57,727 nucleotides of DNA, taken from positions 6,036,572 through 6,094,298 of the forward strand of contig NC_068990.1 in assembly GCF_001194135.2 (NCBI RefSeq). Direction: 5' to 3'. This document shows, piece by piece, positions 48,050 to 57,727 of the stretch. Under the pieces are notes generated by a model. That model ran no database searches. It saw only the letters and a list, made by a program, of their open reading frames with translations, and had not been told where the DNA came from. The stretch comes from Octopus bimaculoides. Taxonomy: Eukaryota. Numbering within the stretch: position 1 is the stretch's first letter; each line of letters begins with the position of its first letter. Made by a program: the position numbers and the translations under genes.

Positions 48050-48990
48050 CGTGACTCACATTGTTAGCGTTCGTGAAAGTCTTGCGCAGAAAGAGTATAA
48101 GCGTAGACACAACAAGGTAGCCCAAAACATCCACTGGCTACTATGCCGTAAGTATGGATATGAGGTTACAGATGCTAGGTACCAACATACACCGGAAAAG
48201 GTAATGGACGAAAAGGGGAAGGCAAAGATCCTCTAGGACTTTGACTTCCAGGCAGACAAGGTATTAGAGCATCGAAGGCCGGAAACAGTAACCTTTAGGA
48301 GGGACAAACAGGAGTACCGAATAATTGACGTTGCAGCGCCAGGAGATCAACATATCATCATGGAAGATGGGGGGAGGTTATGAAGCAGATAGAAGAGACG
48401 CGCGATGAGTACTTGGGGATACTGGAAATGAATAAATTGATGGAGAAAGAAATGACAGAAAAATTTAAGGTGGAGTACTTGCGCAGACTGAAACTGAACC
48501 TTAAGTCGAAATTAAACGGACGGAATAAGATTGAATCTATTAACAGCTGGACGGTTTCACTCCTTAGATATGGAGCAGGGGTAATCGCATGGAGAGTAGA
48601 CAAACTAAACAGCTTAGACAGAAAGACAAGGAAGTTGCTTACTTGATATGGGATACTCCACCCAAAGAGCGACACGGATAAACTTAATGTACCAAGAAAA
48701 AGAGAGAGAATAGGACTGATTGGATGTGAACACAGTATTATAGCAGAAGAAAAAACATAGAATGGTATATAAAAAATGCCACGGAACTACTATTATTAGA
48801 AGTAAGAAGGTCAGGCTTGTGTAGGATGGAAGAATGCAAAGATAAAGCACTGCACAAGCATTTGAGAATGAATGAAACTGAAAATAGGTGGATAAAGAAA
48901 AGAATGCTTGGATAATTTCATTGGGATATCGAAGATAAGACAGACAGAGAAAATATATGGCTATGGATGACTAAAAGTGATTTAAAAGCT
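48050..48990 (+). mobile_element. R4/Dong-type non-LTR retrotransposon fragments (REL endonuclease piece followed by RT-thumb piece)
   Basis: HIVS...LAQKEYKRRHNKVA..IHW.LC.KY...DF..Q.DKV.EHRRP...IIDVAAPGD, then EYLGILE...EYLRRLKLNLKSKLNGRNKI..IN.W...RYGAG...LDRKTRKLLT..G.LHPKSD. Confidence 0.9.
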
Positions 48991-49190
48991 CAATGTCTCG
49001 CCAGGAAATTTGGCTAGACAAACAAAATATGGTTAATATGACATGTTAAGGTGTATATCAACCAAAGCTAGGCATAAAAGTATATAAAAATTATTTACAG
49101 ACAGAAACAATAAAAATTTAGGGAAGGGATGAAGAGCGTATGGCATATATGCTCAACCTTTTTTAGTAGCGTTTTGTTAGTGGGTTTTTT

Positions 49191-49465
49191 TTAACCCTTT
49201 AGCATATTTTAACCCTTTAGCATCTTTTTAACCCTTTAGCATCTTTTTAACCCTTTAGCATCTAAACCGGCATGTCAGGCCCAAATATTCTACCTGTTTT
49301 ATGTTAAAAAATGGCCAGATCCATCCTCTCTCACACCCAACCTACAATGTCATTCTAAAAATAAACAATCACATCAAAGTTTCAAGATAATACCTGATTA
49401 ATTCAAAACAATGTGAATGAATAAGCATTACATTTTACCAAGTAATCTGAATGCGAAAGGGTTAA
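49191..49465 (+). mobile_element. piggyBac-type MITE (49251-49461, TTAA TSD) preceded by three extra copies of its left end
   Basis: TTAA-CCCTTTAGCAT...ATGCGAAAGGG-TTAA; TTAACCCTTTAGCAT at 49191, 49209, 49228 and 49247. Confidence 0.85.
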
Positions 49466-49473
49466 TCCATCAC

Positions 49474-49513
49474 CTCTAATCGCAGGAGTGGCTGCTTTGT
49501 CTAAGGTGGTATA
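49474..49513 (-). CDS. Candidate host-gene exon, 40 nt, phase 0/1: YTTLDKAATPAIR(G)
   Basis: Long polypyrimidine tract with NAGNAG acceptor (gaagcag), donor gtgatg; joins 54629-54682 and 45968-46056 in frame. Confidence 0.45.
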
Positions 49514-49620
49514 CTGCTTCAAAAGAAAGCAAAATGAGAGAAAAATATCTGTTGAAAACAAGTGGCCAACTGGTCGATGCAGCAACATGTGTATAACACT
49601 GATCACAAAAGTAATTTTAA

Positions 49621-49962
49621 AAAGAGTAAAGACCCCCTTCAGTCATAAATGACAATGGTTTGCACCTTGGAAATTACCCTCCGAGGCACAAGTCCGGGCA
49701 AAGTTCTTTATGGAAGACCAGCAGTCGTCCATGCGTACCAGCCTCCCCTCTCCATGCCACCAATGTTGTCCAAGGGAAATACAACGGTTTATACAGCTTG
49801 GCACCAGTGACTCCACAACTCATTTCTACAGCTGAGGGAACAAGAGCAACGTGAAATAAGGTGTCTTGCTCAAGAACACAACACGCAGCCCGGTCCGGGA
49901 ATCGAACTCACTACCTTATAATTGTGAGCCCGAGGCTCTAACCACTGAGCCATGCGCCTTCA
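49621..49962 (-). mobile_element. SINE family D, full length
   Basis: Head GAAGGCGCATGGCTCAGTGGTTAGAGC...GAGTTCGATTCCC; colinear with 20043-20340. Confidence 0.9.
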
Positions 49963-50379
49963 TATCATTCCCGTAATTAATCCTATGTCATCAAAGAAAC
50001 TGCTGGGAAGTGATCCTGTAGTTAATATTCATTTCGCCTTCAACTTCCATTAGAGAAAGATGCGAATGAACGCGATCTTCTGTTAGCAAGAGATTACAAG
50101 TAAGTGTAGTTAACACTTTTGTGAGCAACTTAGTTAATTTTATATCTGCAAGAACTGTAAAAAAAACTATAAAATTTTAAAATTTACTCAGATGAAATCG
50201 ATGTACACAGGACTACTTACGTACAACAGTGTTTGATGGTTTAGTCACGATTCTGTTTTTAAACGGTTTGTTTAGTATTTGTTTGAAGTTAGTGTTTTGT
50301 TTTGTTTGTTTTATTTTTTGACGCTTGAATTTTTTTTCTTTTTTGCCAAGAATTATCTGACGTTGTTTGAATTTATAGA

Positions 50380-51125
50380 TTAATGCTCTTTGCAGATTTT
50401 TTTCCTTTACACTTAAAGTATTTCAACAATAATTAACAGTTATCTGGTAAAACACTTGACAATATTTTTGATTACATAAATGCTTTCGAAATGAAACTAT
50501 AAAAGTTTTTCAACGACATCACAGTGGCGCTTTTACATACTTCCTAAACCTTAAAAAACATATGACTGTTCTTAAGTTCCTCATAGAACAGACATTCAGT
50601 TTGTTCAAAAGCAATTACTGAGCACCGTTAAATCAACTGCTGAATAACTTTTAACATTTACTAACTTCAGATCTTCTCAAGAAATTGCAAAATTCATTAA
50701 CTTTTTCGACTGTGAGACGTCAGACAACTTGAATTTAGAATCGTTTCAATGGATAGGTTTAAGTTGAAAGTAATTCTTTTAGAAAACAGTTTAATTTGGT
50801 GGTAAAGAAAAAAAAACATTGTAAATTACCATACTGGATTTGAAAACACTGACATGAAAGCTGCAGAAAATGCAGAAAACTCTGCTATGGAGTCACGTTC
50901 CTGAAACTTTTGCATGTTTGAAAAATTTCAAGCAGTATTGTTAAGAGTATGTTCATCAATGTACTTTTGTGAGCTGTTATTTTTAGTGATGCACTTTGCC
51001 GAGTACAATTAGAGCAGCCTTACTAATGAAACCAGTGTTGGTTGCATAGTTCTCAAAACAACCTCATATGATCATGATATAAAGTATTTGATATCAGTAG
51101 TGCGACAGTAAAAGTTTCGTGGAAA
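50380..51125 (+). pseudogene. hAT transposase C-terminal remnant (GTF2IRD2/EPM2AIP1/Buster-like)
   Basis: YINAFEMKL, W..VPETF..LK, SSMYFCELLF, SSLTNETS..C..LKTT.Y..DIK.L (dimerisation domain). Confidence 0.75.
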
Positions 51126-51589
51126 GAGAAATTTTAATTTTCATGTACTTGAGTTTTTTTTGTCTTTTTTTAATAAATATTTGCGTTTCTTCTTTCTTAT
51201 CAAGGTACAATATAATTCATAAATGATGTTCATTTTTCTATTGTCTTTTCTAAAAATAAAAAAAAACATTGATATCGATTACTTTTATTCTGCTATTAAA
51301 GTAACATACTATATATGTATTGTTATTTTTGTTACTTTTTATAAAACTATTGACATTATTAATTACTTAAAAATTCTTAAAATGCTTTCATTTGAATTCC
51401 TTGTTAAATTTCTATCATTATTAACATACTAAATACACATGATTAAGTATCAAGACATCTCAATTTTCCTAGAAAGTATCCATTCATCAATTTTATTCTG
51501 TGAATAAAATCTATAATTCTAAAAGCTGTCCCGCTAAAACAATTCAGAAAACATTGTACAATACAAATAGAATGGTCTAAGTTAAGAAG

Positions 51590-52023
51590 AAACCCTGCAA
51601 TTTTGAGGGGAGGGGCTAGTCGATCCTATCGACCCCAGTACTAAACTGATACATAATTAACTAATGCATCATTTATCGATCCCGGAGAGACATAAGGTGA
51701 AGCTGACTCAGCGGAAACTGAACTCAGAATGTAAAGAGCATGAATTAAATACTACAAAGCAATTTTTTTCAGACGCTCTAATGATTCTACCAGGTCACCA
51801 CCTAGTAAAACGCAAATGATATTCATTCTAATTACAAGGCCAGCGCTGTTAATTGGAAGGTTAAGTCGATTACATCGATGCCAGTATTTGAATGGTACTT
51901 CATTTTATTGACTCCGAAAGGATGAAGGACTTCAACGGGATTTGATCTCAGAGCGTAAAGAGCTGGAACAAATCCCATTAAGCATTTTGTCTGACACTAG
52001 CAATTCTGCCATCTTGCCGCCTT
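51590..52023 (-). mobile_element. Two adjacent degenerate SINE A copies (51590-51800, 51825-52023)
   Basis: Reverse-complement central blocks and heads. Confidence 0.75.
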
Positions 52024-52062
52024 AATTCCCTAGGCATGTAAGGGGACATTTTTGAAGATTAT

Positions 52063-52224
52063 CGCAAGCATGGTTGTGTGGTAAAAAGTTTGCTTCCTAA
52101 CCACACGGTACCATGTTCAGTCTCACTTCGTGGCACCTTGGGAAAGGGTTTTCGCCTATAGCTCCGAGCCGATCAAAGATTTGTGAGTGGATTTAGTAGA
52201 CGGAAACTAAAAGAAGCCCGTCAA

Positions 52225-52269
<45 letters not shown>

Positions 52270-52490
52270 GTACGCATATATTTATGAGTGTATTCTTGTA
52301 CTCATCGTTTGTCCCCCGCCACAGCTTGACAACCAGTGCTGGTTTATTTTTGACCCCGTAACCTAACGGTTCGGCAAAAGGGAACGATAGAATAACTACC
52401 AAATTTTAGAAATACAAGTACTGGGGCCGATTTTTTCGACTATCTTCTTCATGGCAGAGCAGTCTAATATCTGAAATATGTAAGAGATGA
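52063..52490 (+). mobile_element. SINE family B, full length, with internal (GATA)n
   Basis: Head, GGATTT.GTAGACGGAAACT.AAAGAAGCCCGTC, CTTGACAACC...GGTTCGGCAAAAG. Confidence 0.88.
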
Positions 52491-54357
52491 AAGCTAAAAA
52501 TGGACCAGGTCTTTTATAGGTCATGTGAAAAACATTATTCTACAGTTACTTTGAGAGTAAGGAAGAAAATGGAAGAGAAATGCGCTACAAAATTTCCACC
52601 TAATACAAGTATTCCTCCAGATTTTTTTTTCTGCGGTGTGATAACATCGGGAAAACTATCATGACTAATATAGCGCTTATGCTTTTATAAATACGTTCAC
52701 TCGTTTTCAAGTAAGCGCAATGGACTTCCAACGGTTGCGATGATGCTTAGTCATTTTGTACGACCAAGAGTATTAGTTATTGAATTATAGAGTAGTGGTT
52801 GTTCCTTGGTCAATCTGTACCGTTAACGTATTCTACAGACTTAATCGCGACACGGTATATGACGAGACTGATTCTTTGAATTACATGCATAGCCCATACG
52901 ATGGGCTTCAACTCAGTTTTATTTCCCTGCGTCTTTGGTTGACTCTTGGTTATATCAAAAGGCGTTTATCCAAAGATACCGTGCAATAAAATTAAACCAG
53001 AGCTCCCTTGATTGCAAAGCGAAGATTTTACCCATTTGGTCATGCCTGTAAGCACTCAAATACATAATTTATTCCAACCTCACACACACACACACACACA
53101 CACATTCATCTACAAATGTGCACCTTTCAAAATTACATACCTGATGATTCTAAACGTGGAAATACGGTGTTACAAGAAATAAACAAATGTTACGTAACGT
53201 ATTTAAGTTACCTCTAATGGAAACATACAGAATCGAGAAAATTTACATTTGTGCCAAAAAATTACGGACTGTTTTATTAGCTGAATTCTTGAAAATGTAG
53301 AAATTAAAATTATTGATTGCATTTGGACACATAATTTAATTTCATAAATAAATTAAAACTGTCCGATCTAAACATAGCAAACAGCAACAAAATATTCCCC
53401 TTCATAGAAAGTACATTGGTAAAAACTTTAGAACATCGACCTATGATGTTCTGAGTTCAAATTCCGCAGAGGTTTGCTCAACATTTCATTTTTCCGAAGT
53501 TGATAAAAGACTAGTTTAATACTGTTATTTCAGTACTAGGGAAGAAGCTTAGAAGATACCCCTGTTAATCAGTTTTATTGATTAATACAGATGTCTTCTG
53601 AGGTTATTCATACAAAAGGCTACTACTGGAAATCATGAAGAGATCTCAGAAATGGCCACAGTATTCCTATGAGGAGCAGTCCTCTTACTCAGATTATTAT
53701 TAGCTTTGTGAAATACATCATTGACGTCGCAAGCCAATTTAGATATGATCAAAACCTGAAAATTCACAAATATCAGACTATGAATGTATAGACAAAGTCG
53801 TTAAAAATGAATCTGGGTTTGTCTTTTAGAATGTGAGAGATACAAACAAATATTTTTGAAAAATAAATGTAAGATGGTATCATAGGTCAAAACAAGAGGT
53901 GTACATTATATCACGCGATATTTCTAAATATAAATATAGACAGTGCTCAAACCTGAAGAGGCCAACTTAAATATCTTAATTTATCACTTAAAATAGAAAG
54001 AAATTCTGAGAAATTATTGAAACCATCAAATCTCGATCTTAGAGAGAAGAGAAAACAGACAAGTAAAAGGAGAATGTATATATATGCATACATAGACATG
54101 TATGAGTGATGTGTGTGTGTATGAATGTATGTGCGTATTTTGCACGTCTGTCGAGGTGTGTGTGTGTATGTGTGCGTGTGTATGTGTGTGTTATGGTTTA
54201 TTTTTATGTGTAATAATAAGCAATTATATTTTGCTGGAAGTGATATATTATATGGCGTCATACTTTCGAGAGAATGTGGAATAATTCTTTTTTGAAATTG
54301 GTTCTCGAAATGCATATAAAGTCACAAATAATAGCATGTTGAAAAAAACCTTTTTAG

Positions 54358-54390
<33 letters not shown>

Positions 54391-54628
54391 GATTCGAAAG
54401 GATTTTTCAACACAATCTTTTCGTGCTATTATTTTTAGCCTGCTAAGTATTTCGAGAACCAATTCCGAAATAGAATTATATATAGACGTAGTATTGACAG
54501 AGAAGACATTAACGTATTCTGAGATATTCTGGAAGAACGCAAAGAAAAGAAATTGCTAATGCTTCGGGCAAAACAGCTCGACGGAACATCTTCTGTTTGC
54601 CGCAGATTCACTTATTTGTCTTTTTTAC

Positions 54629-54682
54629 CTTTTCACTGAACTGACATCTGTTGGAGCAGTCTACTATTGGTCTTCTTGCCTT
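54629..54682 (-). CDS. Candidate host-gene exon, 54 nt, phase 0/0: KARRPIVDCSNRCQFSEK
   Basis: Acceptor ttatttgtattcaccag, donor AAG|gtaaaa; only phase 0 is open. Confidence 0.45.
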
Positions 54683-54732
54683 CTGGTGAATACAAATAAC
54701 ATAATTTATCGTGAAGTAAATATTGGTTACAA

Positions 54733-55245
54733 ATTTTGGCACAAGGCCTGTAATTTCGTGTAGAAATTAAGTCGATTACAACGATCCCAGTGCTTAACGG
54801 ATACTTATTTTATCGACTCCGAAAGTCGACACGAGTAGAGTTTGAACTCAGACTGTAAGGGTGGATGAAATGCCACTCAGCATTTTACCCAACGTGCTAA
54901 CGATTCTGCCAGCTTTCTGCTTAGTGAAATAAATATTAACATACATTACATTGGGGGTACAGATGCAATATAACTCCAGTATATAACTATAATTGAAATA
55001 TATTGGACAGAGGTAAACACTTTTGCGTATTGCTAAGGCAACGAGCTGACAGAGTCGTTAGCACGCAGGGAATAATGCTTAGCGGCATCTTTCTGGTCTT
55101 ACGTTCTGAGGTCAAATTCCTTCGAAGTCGACTTTGCCTTTCATCCTTTTAGGGTAGGTAGAATAATTATCAGTTGAGCATTGGGTTCTATGTGATCAAC
55201 TAGCCCCTCCCACCAAATTTCACGCCTTGTGCCTATGGTATAAAG
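54733..55245. mobile_element. Divergent pair of SINE A copies: 54733-54918 (-) and 55035-55245 (+)
   Basis: Central block in opposite orientations about 115 bp apart. Confidence 0.8.
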
Positions 55246-55364
55246 AGTTATTGAGCATTGCTTAACTAAACCAAACAAAAGCAAGGTTGCACTCAAAGCA
55301 ATGTGTGTGCGTGTGTGTGTGTGCGCGCGCGAGCATGTGTTTTTTTGTGGATGTGAGCATGTGC

Positions 55365-55525
55365 GCACGCGCTGACACAAGCATAGTTGAGTGGTCACTG
55401 TCACTTTGCAGCCTTGAGATCCTGGTTTACTTCCACTGTTTGGCATCTTGGGCAAGAGTTTTTCTTATAGCCTCGGGCCGCCCCACATCATATGAGTGAA
55501 ACAGAGTAAGTGAAAACCATGCAGA
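55365..55525 (+). mobile_element. Degenerate SINE B head
   Basis: GGCATCTTGGGCAAGAGTTTTCTTATAGCCTCGGGCCG. Confidence 0.6.
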
Positions 55526-56043
55526 AGTTTGATGAATGGATTATGCCCGTAATTTGAAACGCAAGACTTGTCAATGAAATACTTATTAGATTTCTAGTAG
55601 TAAAGATGGATAACTAGGCTATTCTATGAAAACTGCATCCAGTTAAATGAGTATTCAGACTTAAATGACAAGCTATAAACTGTTTACTCTTCAGGTAATT
55701 TCTGGTCACGTAATCGACGGTCTGTATCATTTATACTGGATATAAATATTATAATGTGATATAAAATATTTGATAAAGATTAGATGACTATAATATGATA
55801 TAAAAATTGTGGAATGCAAATTATGTATTATGGTGGTTGAATGTTAATTAAATGCTTGACAGAAACAACTTTATCGATTCTGGTGGGATTTTAATCGAGA
55901 CATAAACGGATGTAACTAAATATCACAAAACATTTTTAGAAAGACTAGAAAGATTCTATCAAACACTCTGTGACAAAATATTATGTAATGTTACGCTATC
56001 ACTTAACAATATACTATATATTTATATTATGAATTAATCTATA

Positions 56044-56080
<37 letters not shown>

Positions 56081-56156
56081 GTGTATGTGTGTTTATANNN
56101 NNNNNNNNNNNNNNNNNNNNNNNNNNNNNNNNNNNNNNNNNNNNNNNNNNNNNNNN

Positions 56157-56202
<46 letters not shown>

Positions 56203-56849
56203 GTGTATGTGTGTTTATAAACGTGATAGCCCCATAAAAACTGAAGTAGAAATAAGCTTTTACATGCGATTTAATATTGTTTCTTTTTTTATTAAGCACT
56301 TAATCTATGCGCAAAATCCTTTCGTGAAATGGAAACCCACGCACAATAGGTAGTATTACAAAATAAGCCAACAATAAATATCAAAATATTACAAATGTTA
56401 CAAAATAAGCCAATAACTATCAGTTGTTTTTGTTATTTCTTAATGGCTTCTTTTTTTCATTTAAATTATTATCGAAGTTATGATCAGTTTATCAGTGTAA
56501 TCTTTCATAGAACTTTGAGAATATGGAAAGAGAAATGCTGTAACACATTAGGAAACAAGTAAATAAATGTCTTTAACTATTTATAACACATCATAGAGAG
56601 TATGAAATTGGTTTATTCTATATAGAAATAAGTATTTTTTTCAACCTTAATATAAATTCTTATTGTACACCCGAAAGTATCTGAGAGTAGAACTATACAT
56701 ACATGCTTACAATAATTTAAATACTTTATATATTGTATAGCGTTATGAATTCTTTTTCTAGGTACATATAAAACTCTTTATCATTAATTGATAACTTCCA
56801 CGTTAGCAATTTACAAAAGACAAGTGGTGAGGAAAAGTGACAAAATTTT

Positions 56850-57545
56850 CTTGGACAACTCTGGCATATTTCGAAGAGCTTTCAACACATGAAATTACCA
56901 GAAATCTCTGGCCTGGCATAGCTACCGGGGATAGAGAGAAACGTAACCGTTTCATACACATTTATTCGGTTTCAGAACTTTGGTATTTTGTAGAGTTTTG
57001 TCGATCAATTAGCTGGCTCTGCCCTACGGATCCACCTACCTTCCAAGTCCATCATTAAAATCGCCCCTCCACCTTCATTGACTAGGAAGAACAAGATTTC
57101 TTCTGTCCGCTGGCTATGGCAAAAAGTACCATGTGGTAGACGTGACATTCGGGTCAGAAGACAAACACTTACCTCTTCAACCAATCCTTCATCGACAGTT
57201 TCAAGGTTCACATGAAGAGGAAGATGAGGTTGGAGATGAAAGTGATGCCTATCGATAAATTTGTTGAAAGATGAGCGAGAGTGACGAGCATTGCCCAAAT
57301 GAATAGGTCAATTTTTATTATGCCTCTGTTGGCCGGATAATAATAATTGGCTCTTGGGACTCCTTTATTTGCCCCAATGGGCTCTCATTGCTATTTGGGA
57401 GTTTTCGTTGCTGTTATTTTCTTAGGTCTTTTATTCTTTTGGGGGGGGGGATTTTTTTTTTTTTGTAAACTTCCTTTTTCATGTAACGCCTTATCTTATT
57501 CCGTGTACTGTCCCCAAAGCCTTGGGGCCCCTTGTGATTAAAAAA
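56850..57545 (+). mobile_element. Second Tx1 LINE 3' fragment
   Basis: FIDSFKVHMKRKMRLE...KFVER*ARV aligns with LIDFFKFHLKR...VERWVNV of 23491-23730; nucleotide similarity to 23340-23560 is visible. Confidence 0.75.
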
Positions 57546-57584
57546 TATTGCTTATGATAAACAAAAATATAGCTATATGAGTTA

Positions 57585-57727
57585 TTTTGGTTGACGGAAA
57601 CTGAAAGAAGCCCGTCGTATATATGTATATGTATATATATGTGCGTGTGTGTTTGTGTGTCTGTGTTTGTCCCCCCACCCCAACATCACTTGACAACCGA
57701 TGGTGGTGTGTTTACGTTCCCGTAACT
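57585..57727 (+). mobile_element. SINE B, running off the window end
   Basis: GACGGAAACTGAAAGAAGCCCGTCGTATATA-microsatellite-TTTGTCCCCCC...CTTGACAACCGATG. Confidence 0.9.

Noticed and set aside
49191-49261. CRISPR-like short direct repeats (also 1480-1563)
   Set aside because: No unique spacers, eukaryotic context, no cas genes.

Overview
AT-rich, gap-ridden eukaryotic genomic DNA. The tRNA-headed SINE families, dense (TA)/(CA)/(GATA) microsatellites and TE content point to a cephalopod, most likely an octopus; this is inference. There is no intact long ORF, and almost all ORF-track entries are microsatellite or N-gap artefacts. The window is a mosaic of decayed mobile elements: four SINE families (labelled A-D here, ~30 copies), LINE fragments (Tx1, RTE, RTE-X, CR1/L2, R4/Dong), several Penelope-like elements (PLEs), a Gypsy 3' end with a probable LTR, mariner/Tc1/hAT fragments and piggyBac-type MITEs. 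A chain of six small, phase-compatible candidate exons on the minus strand suggests the window is mostly intronic to one unidentified host gene. The main observations are: (1) a PLE with ~145-bp inverted terminal repeats, each carrying a hammerhead-ribozyme motif, plus three other hammerhead motifs; (2) two apparent SINE-LINE partnerships visible within the window (SINE B with a CR1/L2 LINE, SINE A with a Tx1 LINE), each sharing a 3' stem-loop with compensatory changes; (3) a twin-priming-like inversion in a PLE and an order-permuted R4/Dong fragment. All family calls come from motif recognition by eye, element boundaries are approximate, and no searches were run.
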